From a virus: a stretch of DNA of 40,797 nt. Made by a program: the position numbers and the translations under genes. Positions within the stretch are counted from its first letter, which is position 1. Each line of letters begins with the position of its first letter. The stretch spans positions 1 through 40,797 of IMG/VR virus record IMGVR_UViG_3300045988_016629. One strand, given 5' to 3'. Below are positions 20,984 to 32,311 of the stretch, in pieces. A model generated the notes under the pieces. It ran no database searches. It had not been told where the DNA came from and saw only the letters and a program-made list of their open reading frames with translations.

Positions 20984-23900
20984 TTAACTACCTCCTACAT
21001 AACGAATGACATTTCTGTCAGGGTTAATAATATCTTGTTCTTCACGATAACGTCCAATTTGAATAGTTTTCGAGAAAATACCATTCTCGATGTGAATGAC
21101 ACCTTGTGAGATATACATTACCTCATGTCCAGCTGAGAACATTGAGATACGACCGTTTGGACTAAACAGCATAGAGCTAGAATTATCAGTTTTACCAACA
21201 ACAAGACCCTCGTTTGATGCAGTCATGTAGCTATCGATGAAATTCCAACGTTCTGACATATCATTTAAGTCGTTTTCTAGTTTGGTTACACGAGCACTTG
21301 CATCAGCTAAATCTTTTTCAGCTTGTGCACGATTGGCATTGTTTGCGTTAACGAAATCTTGATAGGCTTGCTTCCATTGGTCAAGTGTATCAAGTGAGGC
21401 TTTAGCAGCAAGTTCAGCTTTAACAATAGAATTCATTTCATTCAGCTTGTTGAGTTGTGCTTGCGTAAGGACATCATCGGCTTTGGAATCAATCTCTTCT
21501 TGTATGTCCTCGATGGCTGGTGTCCATGGAGTAGGTATATTACCTTCTTCTAGCTTGATATTCTTGATTATTAACCAATTACCGTTTGTTGTTGGCATAC
21601 CTGCCAAGTAGACAACTTGATTTAAATCACCTGATAACGTTTCTTTACTTGTCAGAACACATGATACTTTAGTCCATTGATTTGCCAAAGCTTTATTCAT
21701 AAGGACAGTATCAGTCAATTCAGCTTGGTAGTTGCCTCTTATTAGCGTTGCTGAAAAACTTACATCAACACTTGGTTTTACATCAAACGAAAGAGTGTAC
21801 TGTGTGTTTGGTCGTATGAGTTTACGCAACAAACCTTGATATTGAATGTAGTTCCCACCAGTATTTGCTGTTTTTGTACCTTTGGTTAATTTAACAGCAC
21901 GAATACCATCGATATTGACTTCTTCAACGCTCTTGTCACCATTCGACATCGTCCAATCCCAATTAGTAATACCTTGATTGGTTTTTACAAGTAAGTTCCG
22001 ACCGCCAACCGAAATACTTCCAGCAGTATCATTCCATGTATAATCTGCTGGATTTGTGCTGTCTTCTTTGAAGAAGTTGGTAAGTACACCTATATATCGT
22101 TTACTTCCAGTCTGAGTAAGACTAAAACCATCTCGTCCATCAGCACTGTCTGCATAAGCAAAGTGTACGTAAGGAGTCCGTCCGTCTGCTCCAGCTTTTC
22201 CAGGAATGCCATCACGACCATCACTACCTTTCCACTTCGTCCAACGATAGTCTTGAGGGTTATTACTATCAACTTCATTGAAATCTTGGTACATTCCAAT
22301 GTATGGTTTATTGACATCTGTTTGACTAAAACCACTACCAGAAACAGTGTCGGCATAAGCAATATGGGTGTAATGTGTTTTACCGTCAGCTCCCTTAGGA
22401 CCGGGTATTCCTTGGTCTCCTCTTGGACCTTGTGGACCTCGTTCACCTTGTGGTCCTTGTGCTCCATCGTTACCTCGAATGAGACTCCAAGTATAGTCGG
22501 ACGGATTAGGACTATCTACTTCCATATAGTTTGTGTATTGACCGATATAGCTTGGATAATCAGAAGTTTTGACTTCATTTGTTGAAGGCATCCAAGGAGT
22601 GGCTACTGAACCTTCTTCCCATTTATGACCGGCAGTCCATAAAGCTGAATCCTTAGCATTACCTCCCATATAATAATTAGCATATACAATGTCTCCTTTT
22701 TTCAAAGATACAGAGAAACTATCTCTAAACCAGTCGAAATTATTTCCTAAGACCCATCTAGGCATGAGGTAACTAGCGTCTCTACCATTTATAGCTAAAT
22801 ATGAACATACATTCGCATTGTCTCCTGAACTTTTAACGTATGCTGAGAAAGTATATATTCCATCTTTAGGGATAGTAAATTCTTTATATAAACTCCACCA
22901 TTGATATATTCGTTTTTGAACAATTAGACCTTTATAAGTTCCGTCAGATCCACCTTCTAATGCTCCAACCCAATTACCACTAAAATCTCTTGTACCATCC
23001 AGCAAATTCAAATTAGGATAAATTGTAGTGAATCTATCCTTACCATCTGCACTGTAAGACCATGCTGTATGGAAATATGGCGTTTGTCCGTCAGCACCTT
23101 TAGGACCAGGTACGCCTTGAGTACCGTCAGCACCCTTTACGAGCGTCCAGTTATATTTTGATGGGTCTACGCTGTCAGATTCTTCAAAATCAACGTATAT
23201 ACCGATGTATTCACGATTTGAGTCAGATGTTGAAAAATCTTTCTTACCGTCAGCACTATTTGCATAAGCTATGTGGGTGTACTGTGTTCTTCCGTCAGCT
23301 CCCTTAGGACCGATGTCTCCTTTTTCGCCATGTTTCCCGTCTGATACATTAAAAAAAGTAACTTCTTCTGAAGCTACTTCTTTATCATCAACCCAAGCAG
23401 CAACCGTCAATGTTGTTGGTTCTGTAATATCCGACGCTACCATATCGTAAGTCATACCAGAATATTTAATAGTACCGTCGATCACAAATCGATAGGTTGC
23501 ATCAACAATTTTATCGCCTTGTTTCAAAACTGGCTTAACAGTAGAACGACCAACACCATTTTTAAACGCTGTACCGTTCGTTGTCCTTATCTCAACATGA
23601 TATGGCAGTGACTTAGAAACAATCTCATCGATACGTTGTTGTAATTCGCTAGACGGTTTATTATCCAACTTTCTGAAATTAGTAAAAACGACCGAATTAT
23701 TTTGTGGCATATCGAAGCTGATAACCATTTCAGAAACTCGAGCTTCAAGTGCTAGACCATCTATAAAATTATTATTAATAATCTTAACCGTATCACCTAG
23801 ATTGATGTCATTGTAGTTTTCCAAGAAACTAGATTGAACACTTACGGTATATGTCATTAGAGGATAAGCATATTGCTTAATAGTACGCAAGGCATAAGCC

Positions 23901-24814
23901 TTGAGGGAATTGATGTCTGCATACTCTGTTTGAAAGTCCTTGCGTGTCCATCTATCTATTTCATTAGCACCACCCATTGCAGATGGATATTTATCTGCTG
24001 ATAAAGGTGCGTAAACCATTGGACTGTCTTTAAATGAGTAGAACTCTACTTGTCCTAACTCATTCTTTTCCTCAAACACAACGCTTCCTAGTGTTAGTCC
24101 GTCTTTTCCAACGAAATACCCAGCGTTAAATAGTTGAGTCTTATCACTAGATATTTGAACACCTTTCAATCCAGTTTGATAGTAAAGAGTTACATCTCCT
24201 CGAACCTTTCCAATACCGTGATGGTTTTCGTCAGGACGTTGGTAGATGTCAATGACAAACTTTTTCAAAGTGCCATCTCGGTTTAAATCGGTACGAAAAA
24301 CAAACTCAGCATCAAACTGGTTCATCAAGCTATGAAGCTGTTCTAGTTTAGTGCCATTTTGTGATTCAAACGTGATAGTTCTTGTTCTATCAGGAATCTC
24401 ATTGAAACCAATTTCAAGACCAGCAAAACCAAGTAAATCAAGGTTTTGAAGATACCACTCAATGGTTTTAGGGCCATCAACACTGGCTAACGGACGAGAG
24501 ATTTCTGCTGCTAGTTCCAAGTTAGTATTATTACAAGTCACTTGAAAATTAAAATCATTTTCAACGAGTTGAGAAACATAAAAAACGTGGTAGGAATTGT
24601 CGTAGTAAAATGACACGTACATCTGGTCATTGATATATTTGATATCATCGTGTAACTTACCATTTACGATTTTAGGAATTGTGAAATCAAATGTACTTGT
24701 TGAGTATTCAAGGTAAGGGTGCCATTGACTATTCGAATAAGGTAACATTCCGGGGATTTCATTATTCAATGCACACACTTTGCGCATGCTTCTGTCATGA
24801 ATCCAAATCTGCAT
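20984..24814 (-). CDS. Tail-associated lysin / host-specificity antireceptor with collagen-like repeats (1276 aa)
   Basis: Start ATG at 24812-24814 overlaps the Dit stop (TAATG). The N-terminus is Tal-like. Four G-X-Y runs (for example [33 protein letters not shown]) separate repeated YTHIAYA..DG modules. Confidence 0.85.
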   Translation of the reverse strand: MQIWIHDRSMRKVCALNNEIPGMLPYSNSQWHPYLEYSTSTFDFTIPKIVNGKLHDDIKYINDQMYVSFYYDNSYHVFYVSQLVENDFNFQVTCNNTNLELAAEISRPLASVDGPKTIEWYLQNLDLLGFAGLEIGFNEIPDRTRTITFESQNGTKLEQLHSLMNQFDAEFVFRTDLNRDGTLKKFVIDIYQRPDENHHGIGKVRGDVTLYYQTGLKGVQISSDKTQLFNAGYFVGKDGLTLGSVVFEEKNELGQVEFYSFKDSPMVYAPLSADKYPSAMGGANEIDRWTRKDFQTEYADINSLKAYALRTIKQYAYPLMTYTVSVQSSFLENYNDINLGDTVKIINNNFIDGLALEARVSEMVISFDMPQNNSVVFTNFRKLDNKPSSELQQRIDEIVSKSLPYHVEIRTTNGTAFKNGVGRSTVKPVLKQGDKIVDATYRFVIDGTIKYSGMTYDMVASDITEPTTLTVAAWVDDKEVASEEVTFFNVSDGKHGEKGDIGPKGADGRTQYTHIAYANSADGKKDFSTSDSNREYIGIYVDFEESDSVDPSKYNWTLVKGADGTQGVPGPKGADGQTPYFHTAWSYSADGKDRFTTIYPNLNLLDGTRDFSGNWVGALEGGSDGTYKGLIVQKRIYQWWSLYKEFTIPKDGIYTFSAYVKSSGDNANVCSYLAINGRDASYLMPRWVLGNNFDWFRDSFSVSLKKGDIVYANYYMGGNAKDSALWTAGHKWEEGSVATPWMPSTNEVKTSDYPSYIGQYTNYMEVDSPNPSDYTWSLIRGNDGAQGPQGERGPQGPRGDQGIPGPKGADGKTHYTHIAYADTVSGSGFSQTDVNKPYIGMYQDFNEVDSNNPQDYRWTKWKGSDGRDGIPGKAGADGRTPYVHFAYADSADGRDGFSLTQTGSKRYIGVLTNFFKEDSTNPADYTWNDTAGSISVGGRNLLVKTNQGITNWDWTMSNGDKSVEEVNIDGIRAVKLTKGTKTANTGGNYIQYQGLLRKLIRPNTQYTLSFDVKPSVDVSFSATLIRGNYQAELTDTVLMNKALANQWTKVSCVLTSKETLSGDLNQVVYLAGMPTTNGNWLIIKNIKLEEGNIPTPWTPAIEDIQEEIDSKADDVLTQAQLNKLNEMNSIVKAELAAKASLDTLDQWKQAYQDFVNANNANRAQAEKDLADASARVTKLENDLNDMSERWNFIDSYMTASNEGLVVGKTDNSSSMLFSPNGRISMFSAGHEVMYISQGVIHIENGIFSKTIQIGRYREEQDIINPDRNVIRYVGGS

Positions 24815-26370
24815 TAAACAAAACGCTCCTTCCAACTAATTTCAATTGTTGGGTCATTTTTTATCCAACTATTAGTATAGATATCGATTTCTGTTTCACC
24901 AGTTCCAATGCTAAATGGCTCAGATAAGTATGTTAACTCATCATTAGCTGGCAAGTTATCGATGAGGGTTTTGCCTTTTGACATATCTACTTCAAGGATA
25001 GAACCCATGTGAAAACGATTAGGGATGTCTTCCTCTTTGGTAACGTGGTCTTTTCGATAAATAAAATCATCCAAATACATATGTGTTACAAGAGGAGCAT
25101 TCCCAACCTTTCCAAAGATAACATGGATTTTATCTGATTTTTTACCCTTTATTTCAGGAATAGAATATCTAGGATAAGAACCCCACCAATAGAACTGGAC
25201 GACATCATCAAACCGCATTATATCTGACCAACCCCTTGGTTCATTAAATGGGTTATGTTGCTCGATATGTGTACCTTGAAAATACTTCCTATCGATAATA
25301 CGATAACCTCCCCTACCATTACTGCCTAAAAAGTTATATTCACATCGCAAACCATTGTAACGCTTAAATGTTTCGACACCATACAAGAATGTGCCACTTG
25401 CGTCTGTGACACAAATTTTAAAATAACCCATTTGACTTGCAGAACCAAGCCAAAAAATTTGTCTCCACCAAAAATATTCGTACAAAGCACCTTTTTCACC
25501 ATTAGAGTCTCTTGGGATGTCAAATGTAACTGATGCTGTCTGACCACTCTGTAATGCAATGTGAGGACGACCCCAAGCATTGTCAATGTAAAGAGTTCCG
25601 TTTGGTCTGTTATCGTTTATATCGTTTGATATACCAACGTTTTTCAACCCTTGAGCTAATCCATTAGGGATTCTGTGCTCTCCGTTTGATGAAGCATAAT
25701 CAAATAGTACCTCTGATTTCTTGACCGTTTGTGTATCCCATTCTTTTGGATTACCAATCTCGTAGCTTTCAATAGCACTTTTTACAATACCGACCCATCC
25801 ATTATCAGAATTAAATTTCAATTTAATATCTGGGTAAGTTTCAGCTGTACCAAAATTCTTTAGCGTAGCTTTGTAGTGACCTGTAGATATTTTCTTAATA
25901 CTTCCGTACTTCGTTTCACCATCACTACTTACTAGAGCTTGTGCCTTATTTTCGCAAGAGCTTTTTGGAACATCAAATGTAACCGTTATCCTTGCTGTAA
26001 TTGGTGCGGTGTTCTTATCTACAGTTAAGGACACTTGACCAGATGGAATAGCTTCCCAAACTTTGTTGGGTTCGTCACCAAAAATCAATGTTTTCGGTTT
26101 ATCTACGTTGAGATATCCACCCATATTTTCAGCTATGCTATTAAAGTAATCATAACTACCAACAAGAGTAAACGTTACTTGAATCTGCTTAACCGATAAG
26201 GTATTATACAGAAATTGCTGACCATAGCGTTTTTGTCCTTTATCTTGATAGTTGTTATTAAAGTTGGATGCTATGTTTCTCACAACATCAACTGGAACGG
26301 CAAGACCTTGTTCATCATTAAATAATTCGGTTAGGTCTTTATCGTCAAAAATAACTGACATTCCTATCAA
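24814..26370 (-). CDS. Distal tail protein (evolved Dit with inserted carbohydrate-binding-like domain)
   Basis: 518 aa, between TMP and Tal. The ATGA overlap with the TMP gene end is typical. Confidence 0.7.
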   Translation of the reverse strand: MIGMSVIFDDKDLTELFNDEQGLAVPVDVVRNIASNFNNNYQDKGQKRYGQQFLYNTLSVKQIQVTFTLVGSYDYFNSIAENMGGYLNVDKPKTLIFGDEPNKVWEAIPSGQVSLTVDKNTAPITARITVTFDVPKSSCENKAQALVSSDGETKYGSIKKISTGHYKATLKNFGTAETYPDIKLKFNSDNGWVGIVKSAIESYEIGNPKEWDTQTVKKSEVLFDYASSNGEHRIPNGLAQGLKNVGISNDINDNRPNGTLYIDNAWGRPHIALQSGQTASVTFDIPRDSNGEKGALYEYFWWRQIFWLGSASQMGYFKICVTDASGTFLYGVETFKRYNGLRCEYNFLGSNGRGGYRIIDRKYFQGTHIEQHNPFNEPRGWSDIMRFDDVVQFYWWGSYPRYSIPEIKGKKSDKIHVIFGKVGNAPLVTHMYLDDFIYRKDHVTKEEDIPNRFHMGSILEVDMSKGKTLIDNLPANDELTYLSEPFSIGTGETEIDIYTNSWIKNDPTIEISWKERFV

Positions 26371-29300
26371 ATTATGCTACCTCCTAACAACGCTTGTCTG
26401 CGCTCATAATCGTTCGTTGCTTTCGTCATAAACGGTGCTAAACCGTTTGATACGCTTGTACCATCGATGATGTTTTTAATCTCGATTGGCTTAGATTCAT
26501 TCGTTACTAACTGACTCAACAAACCAATCATAACATCTAGCTTGTCTTCTAATATAGAAACACGCTGATGGTTTGATGTGTTATCGATGTTTCCTTGTTG
26601 TGTATCGCCAGCAAAATGTGCTACTGCTTCAGTAAGCAATTGCCATGCTCTGCCTCTTTTAGCAATATCCGTAGGAATAACGTATTCTGGCATATCACCC
26701 TCAGCCAATTCATAAACACCGTTCTTGCGGACTAAACCACCATTAGCATAGCCGTGAGTTGCAACATAGTTAAATGCCGAATCTGATGTTCCATAACGAT
26801 GCTTGATGTAGTTGATTGCAGCAAGCAAATTATCATATCCGTTGCGGATATTATTGTGACCTGGGTGCTTGTATGCATTAAATGTACGACCAATAGTTTG
26901 CATCAATCCAATTGATGGGTCGCCCATTCTTGCATTAATATCCCAGTTATTTTGTGCGTTAGGGTTACCTCCAGATTCCTTCTGTATAGTCGCTAAAATC
27001 TTAGACACACGGAAATCGGTTGGCTCTATACCGTTAGCTTTCAACGCTTTAATTACAGAGTTACGCCAACGAGCAGCTCCTGCTCCTTGTGGGTGATCTT
27101 CACCCCCACTTGCTGGGTTGAGCAATGGACCAAGAGTTTTCTTAATCCAATCGAACATACCCCCAACTTGGCGTTTAATCAAAGTTTGAAGTGGATTGTT
27201 GCGGTCTTTTAGAGGTTTTCCATCATCTCCACTGCTTCCAAAATCTCGAATACCAAAATCAAGGAATGTAGCAGCATTTCTGATGTGACGTCCTGTGTAT
27301 TGATGATACTTACCATCACCAAGGAAGTTGTATTCTTCACCATCATAGGTATTACCGTGTACAGCAGTTACAAAGTCAACGTGGTTACTTGAAACTGGAC
27401 CACCATTATAGACAGCCACAGTTCCCGGTTTTGGTCTACTCAAATGTGGCACTCTAGCACGAATCCATTGGTTACCATCCCCTAGATGACTAAACAAACT
27501 CTGATTAACACCTAGATTTGCTAAACGACTAGCTACGAACGATACACATTCACGGAAGTAGTAACCCCAAGGGTCTGCTCCAGCGTCTTTCGCTTTATCT
27601 TTAAAACGGTAGTCATCACCTTTAGCACCAATTGCCACAGTACCTTCGTCCATTGAGGTATTAGCCATTGACCATAGCTCTTTCCACCAGTTTTTTGCTT
27701 CTTGGACTGGTTTCTTATATAGTGCATTACCAAGATGGCTAAACATACCGTCTAACTTATCAGAGTTAGGACTGAATTTCTTAGAGAGTGTTCCTACTGG
27801 GTCTTTAATTGCGTCTCCGATAAACTCAATCATTTTCCTGAATTTATCGACACCATCCTTCATGGCATCCCAAACTGAACCAGCTACATTAGTAGTTGTA
27901 TTCCATATCTTAGACCAGAAACCAGTGCCTTTAGCATAAGCTCCTTGCTTAATACCCATAATCATAGCTAATTCACTAGCGTTAATTACTTCAGACCCTG
28001 CTGGCAATAGATATTCAACGTTTCGACCTTTTGGCAAGAATGTTTTACCATTAGGCAAGATAACCATTTCTTGGTTGTTTGTTTCTGGGCTGTCATTACC
28101 ATCGTTTAGTGTGGCAAGTGTAGGCTCGGTAATTGGATTTCTAAATGAGTTAAAAATACCTGTACCATTAGCAAACTTAACTTCAGGAATTTTAGAAATA
28201 GCATTTTTGCTACCACCAAAATCGGAAATCAGTTTATTGATACCATCGATACCGTCGTTTGGTAATTTGATAACTGCATTAATACCATCCTGAGCAAGTT
28301 TCTTCATTCCATTCCACATGTCGCCAAAACCTTTTGAAATTCCATCCCAAGTATTTTTGAAGAAATCTCCAATGGATTTGAGCGTGTCAGTAATCACTTT
28401 GGTAATGTTAACTCCGAACTTGTCTTGTGTTAAAGCTCCTATTTCATCCCACTTTTTCGATAGGAATGTTTTAGAGTTTTCCCAACCGTCTGACCAATTC
28501 TTAGCGATATCTTTGTGGTGATTGTTGATATCTTTGCCAAGGACATTCATGGCTTCCGTAGAATTTTTATGGATCCCTCCCCACGTTTTAGATGCGAATT
28601 CCTTTATACCATCCCACTTTTTGCCCCAGTCCTTACCAATGTCGCTCATGTGTTTTGCAAAGCCTTTAGCCATAGTTTTTACATGACCAACGGTGTTATC
28701 GACAAATTTCTTGAATTTCTTATTGTGTTTGTAAATTAAGGAGAAAGCCCCAGCAACAGGATTTGCAATAAATAAAAGGACTTGTTTCCAGTCCTTTTTA
28801 AAGAAATCAATTATCTTACCAAAGATTTCTTTGGTAACTTTGAAGATTTTATCAAAGGCTTTTTTAGCAGCATTGAACATGCCGTCTACAAAGGCTTTGA
28901 ATTTCTTATTGTGTTTGTAAAGCATCACTAAAGCAGTGATAGCCATAGTAACCCCAGTCACTATCAAACCAATTGGATTAGAAGCCATGGCTAGGTTCAT
29001 TAACTTTTGAGCAATCGTCATACCTTCTGTAGCTTTTTTCCACGCTCTAATACCTTTGACGACATTTGTAATCCCGCTAGCAATTTTAGAGCTTACAAAA
29101 TAAGCAACAAACATAGCACCGACTTCTTTAATAGCTGTTTTATGCTGCGCAATACTTCCTAAAGCCGTTGATAGAGATGTAACTGGCCCTTTAGCCTTCT
29201 TACCGTTACCAGTCATTAGGTTAAAAGCACCAGCGACACCTTTAATCATGTCGATGGCAACTTCCCAAATACCAGCACCAAAATCATTACCGATGCTCCA

Positions 29301-31049
29301 CGTTGCCTTAAGGCTATCTTTAACTTCTTTAAAGAAAGCTACAATTTTAGGGACGTTGTTAGCAATACTCTTACTCAGATTATCGACAAACTTATTAAGA
29401 CCGTCCATTAAGCCATTAAGTTTATCTGTACCATCACCAAGGTTAAACACTTTAGAAAAGGCATCCATGATAGTGCTTAAACCTTTAGAAACATGTTCCC
29501 CTAATTCTTTAAATTTAGTTTCAGTATTAGGGTCAGCAACCCAATTCCCAATCTGTTGTAAGAATGGGTTTTTCATTTTATCAATCGGATCACGGAAAGC
29601 AGCAACTACCGCTGGCATACGAGATTTGATAGTTCTTTCAAGACCACCGATTGTAGTTGAGAAGTTAGCTGTAGCATCTTTATACTTGTCTTGCAACTCA
29701 AACAAGGCTTTTTGAGCCATTTCAGCAGTAATCTTGCCATCATGTTGCAATTCAGCATATTTATCTTGGGTCATGTCAGCAATCCCAAGCTCTTGTGCAG
29801 CTACCTCTTTAAGTTGATTCTTCATTTCTGGGAAGACATTGATGATTGACATCATGTCTTGCCCTTGGACTTTACCATTGGCAATCATTTGAGCCCATTG
29901 AGTAGAGAAATTCTCAACAGCTGCATCAGTCTGACCAAACGCATCTTGCAATGTCAAGATAGCTTGCGTTTGTTGTTTGGTTAACTCGGTATTATGAGTA
30001 ACGGCATAGAATTTTTGGTTCATGCTGTCAACCATTTCAGTCGAGTTAGCCGCTGCCTGCGCCATCTGGTTGGTCATATCAACCATCTTCTTACCTTCTT
30101 CAGCATTACCCGTCAAAGTAAGCCAAGTGGCATTCATTGTTTGTTGGTATTTGACGTACTCTCCACCTGAGCTGATTAGTTCATCAAACTTTCCTTTGAT
30201 AGATCCCAAAGTACCTAGGAAAGTGTTGCTGACTAAATTAGCGGCAAACGTAGCACCAAATAGACCTTTTAGCCGTGATGTTTTTGTTTCAGTCTTATCA
30301 ATTTCATTCCCTAAATGTTCAAAACTATTTTTTAAACGACCAACAATCGTTCTTGAATGTTGAATTTGTTTAATCTCATTATTTAATTTTTCAGCAGTAT
30401 TGCGAGCACGAGCCATGCTTGTCGCTGTCTCGTCTAAGCGTTGCTTTTGTTTGCGGTATTCATCGCTAGTTTTCCCTGATTGTTTAGCAATACGCTCAAG
30501 CATTTCTTTTTGTTTTTCATACTGCTTGTTTAAATTAGCAATTGCTCCCTTGTATTGCTTGAGCTGTTCTTGTCTCGCTTCATCTTCCTTGCCCTCAGCC
30601 TTTAAACGCTTGATGTAGGTATCAGAAGCCTCGTTTTGGGCCTTATATTCCTTTTGAAGATCTGCTAAACCAGACTTATGATAATCAAGGCTTTGCTTGG
30701 CTTTTTTCTGTTGGCTTTCCAACGATGCCAAGCGTGTAGTAGCTTGGTCAATCTGTTGCTGGTATTTAAGGAATTGTTCAGCAGTTTCAGCAGTAGTCCC
30801 TTTGAGCTGAGACTGTTCTTGTTTCAGTTTCTCAATTTTTTGTTGTTGATTTTGGATAGAATTACCCAAACCGTCATATTTGGCTTGTGCAGCACCTAAG
30901 TAGTCCCCAGCACTACGCATCTGACTTTCTTGAGCCTTCCAAGCGTTAGTAGAACTATTGACTAACTGAGTTAAACGTTTAATCGAGTTAGCCGCTTGTA
31001 GCGTGTCTAAGGCGATTTCAGTAGACATGGTAGCTTGTACTTTTGCCAT
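26367..31049 (-). CDS. Tape measure protein with C-terminal CHAP-like peptidase and lytic transglycosylase domains
   Basis: 1560 aa with an N-terminal coiled coil and central TM helices. CHAP-like block GADPWGYYFRECVSFVASRL ... SNHVDFV (about 27330-27600). SLT block ATIQKESGGNPNAQNNWD ... GLMQT (about 26760-27010). Confidence 0.9.
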   Translation of the reverse strand: MAKVQATMSTEIALDTLQAANSIKRLTQLVNSSTNAWKAQESQMRSAGDYLGAAQAKYDGLGNSIQNQQQKIEKLKQEQSQLKGTTAETAEQFLKYQQQIDQATTRLASLESQQKKAKQSLDYHKSGLADLQKEYKAQNEASDTYIKRLKAEGKEDEARQEQLKQYKGAIANLNKQYEKQKEMLERIAKQSGKTSDEYRKQKQRLDETATSMARARNTAEKLNNEIKQIQHSRTIVGRLKNSFEHLGNEIDKTETKTSRLKGLFGATFAANLVSNTFLGTLGSIKGKFDELISSGGEYVKYQQTMNATWLTLTGNAEEGKKMVDMTNQMAQAAANSTEMVDSMNQKFYAVTHNTELTKQQTQAILTLQDAFGQTDAAVENFSTQWAQMIANGKVQGQDMMSIINVFPEMKNQLKEVAAQELGIADMTQDKYAELQHDGKITAEMAQKALFELQDKYKDATANFSTTIGGLERTIKSRMPAVVAAFRDPIDKMKNPFLQQIGNWVADPNTETKFKELGEHVSKGLSTIMDAFSKVFNLGDGTDKLNGLMDGLNKFVDNLSKSIANNVPKIVAFFKEVKDSLKATWSIGNDFGAGIWEVAIDMIKGVAGAFNLMTGNGKKAKGPVTSLSTALGSIAQHKTAIKEVGAMFVAYFVSSKIASGITNVVKGIRAWKKATEGMTIAQKLMNLAMASNPIGLIVTGVTMAITALVMLYKHNKKFKAFVDGMFNAAKKAFDKIFKVTKEIFGKIIDFFKKDWKQVLLFIANPVAGAFSLIYKHNKKFKKFVDNTVGHVKTMAKGFAKHMSDIGKDWGKKWDGIKEFASKTWGGIHKNSTEAMNVLGKDINNHHKDIAKNWSDGWENSKTFLSKKWDEIGALTQDKFGVNITKVITDTLKSIGDFFKNTWDGISKGFGDMWNGMKKLAQDGINAVIKLPNDGIDGINKLISDFGGSKNAISKIPEVKFANGTGIFNSFRNPITEPTLATLNDGNDSPETNNQEMVILPNGKTFLPKGRNVEYLLPAGSEVINASELAMIMGIKQGAYAKGTGFWSKIWNTTTNVAGSVWDAMKDGVDKFRKMIEFIGDAIKDPVGTLSKKFSPNSDKLDGMFSHLGNALYKKPVQEAKNWWKELWSMANTSMDEGTVAIGAKGDDYRFKDKAKDAGADPWGYYFRECVSFVASRLANLGVNQSLFSHLGDGNQWIRARVPHLSRPKPGTVAVYNGGPVSSNHVDFVTAVHGNTYDGEEYNFLGDGKYHQYTGRHIRNAATFLDFGIRDFGSSGDDGKPLKDRNNPLQTLIKRQVGGMFDWIKKTLGPLLNPASGGEDHPQGAGAARWRNSVIKALKANGIEPTDFRVSKILATIQKESGGNPNAQNNWDINARMGDPSIGLMQTIGRTFNAYKHPGHNNIRNGYDNLLAAINYIKHRYGTSDSAFNYVATHGYANGGLVRKNGVYELAEGDMPEYVIPTDIAKRGRAWQLLTEAVAHFAGDTQQGNIDNTSNHQRVSILEDKLDVMIGLLSQLVTNESKPIEIKNIIDGTSVSNGLAPFMTKATNDYERRQALLGGSII

Positions 31050-31076
31050 ATATTATTTCCTCCTTTCTTTTAAAAA

Positions 31077-31280
31077 TTAGAGTAATGTGGTTGGGTCAAC
31101 AACTCTATCTTCTTCCTCTTTAGCATTTAAAATTTTCATTAGCTCATAATAGTCAGTGTCATAATATTGATCTAGCGTCCACCCAAAATCTTGAATTGAT
31201 TTTTTAGCAACAATTTTTAAATCTTCGATGCGATTTTCTAAATCGAAAATCTGTTCACCTTTTGACTTTATTCTTTTGGG
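31077..31280 (-). CDS. gpT-like extension reached by a -1 programmed frameshift (gpGT fusion)
   Basis: Slippery heptamer C CCA AAA (plus-strand ttttggg, 31274-31280) lies 2 codons before the gpG stop. The -1 frame stays open for about 66 codons to the TAA at 31077-31079, just before the TMP RBS. Confidence 0.75.
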   Translation of the reverse strand, partial: PKRIKSKGEQIFDLENRIEDLKIVAKKSIQDFGWTLDQYYDTDYYELMKILNAKEEEDRVVDPTTLL

Positions 31281-31621
31281 TCAACTTCACCAGTGGAATT
31301 TTCAAGTTGTTCATCTGTTAATCCGTACATATAACCAACCAATTTTTCGGCAATCTCTTGTGTACGTTGGTTGTCCAAATCAAGCAATTTGTCATAAGCT
31401 TCATCGTCCAAATTGAGAATGGCACGGATGAAACCAAGCATTTCTTTGAGAATTGTGAAACTAGCTTGTGCTTGCTCTTGTGTGTCGCTTCCCTCAATAG
31501 TATCGCTGATTTTAAGTACAGCAAGTTGATATTCATGCATACGTAAAACATTTCGGTTACTTGTAAATACTTCAAATGATTTTTTACTGATTTCTGGGAT
31601 TTTAATAGTTCTAATTTCCAT
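31268..31621 (-). CDS. Tail assembly chaperone (gpG-like, zero-frame product)
   Basis: 117 aa, acidic, located between the major tail protein and TMP. Confidence 0.8.
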   Translation of the reverse strand: MEIRTIKIPEISKKSFEVFTSNRNVLRMHEYQLAVLKISDTIEGSDTQEQAQASFTILKEMLGFIRAILNLDDEAYDKLLDLDNQRTQEIAEKLVGYMYGLTDEQLENSTGEVDPKE

Positions 31622-31640
31622 TTATTTTTTTCTCCTTCTT

Positions 31641-31676
31641 AAAAAAAATAGAGGCCAGGCCATAAGCCTGACCTCT
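31641..31676 (-). terminator. Attenuating terminator after the major tail protein gene
   Basis: Minus strand reads AGAGGUCAGGC-UUAUG-GCCUGGCCUCU (11 bp, one G-U that is a C-A mismatch on the plus strand), followed by AUUUUUUUU. Confidence 0.7.
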
Positions 31677-31682
31677 AGCTAA

Positions 31683-32291
31683 TTATTTAACATTTCCAGC
31701 GAGTACGTAACCACCAAATACTTCTTTGTACATATTTACTTTATCAAATGCAGAGTCACCAGTATAGTATTTCTTGAATGGCTCATTGTTAAATGCAATT
31801 GCAGACAAAGCATTATATGTAACGTGGTCATCTTGACGAGTTTGAGCAGTATCAGTATCTGTAGCAACGTTTTGAGTTGGTTCTTGCATAATACCATTAG
31901 CAAATCCAAAGAATACTGAGTTCTTGCGGTCAAGAGTTTCAGATTCAATCAATACCGCTACATGTGGTTTGTCATCCTGTTTGACGTATCCACCTTTCCC
32001 ATCGCCTTTATATCCAAGAATTTTTTGTTTAATTACAAAGTCAAGGTTATTGAAGTCGAATGCAACTGTTGGTGAACCGGGAGCAATGATAACACCTTGT
32101 ACTGAGTTGTTTCCGGGAATTTTAGTCGCTTGACCTTCCAAGTTTGATATGTTTGCTGTACGTGTACCAAGCATTTTAGAATCAATTGCGATTACGCCGT
32201 CTGTTGATAGTCCGCTATCGCCTTTAATGAGTTGTTGAGTATCTGGGTCAACCAGAGCAAGTTTAACCATTTTTAAACCTACGATTGCCAT
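31683..32291 (-). CDS. Major tail protein (202 aa)
   Basis: Position, size, strong RBS and downstream terminator all fit. It matches orf202 of Sfi21-like phages as I recall them. Confidence 0.8.
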   Translation of the reverse strand: MAIVGLKMVKLALVDPDTQQLIKGDSGLSTDGVIAIDSKMLGTRTANISNLEGQATKIPGNNSVQGVIIAPGSPTVAFDFNNLDFVIKQKILGYKGDGKGGYVKQDDKPHVAVLIESETLDRKNSVFFGFANGIMQEPTQNVATDTDTAQTRQDDHVTYNALSAIAFNNEPFKKYYTGDSAFDKVNMYKEVFGGYVLAGNVK

Positions 32292-32311
32292 ATATTAATT
32301 TTCTCCTTTTT

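Noticed and set aside
22090-22585. Overlapping ORFs 22090-22467 (-) and 22163-22585 (+) inside the antireceptor gene
   Set aside because: They are alternative-frame readings of the GC-richer collagen-repeat DNA. There is no independent start signal.
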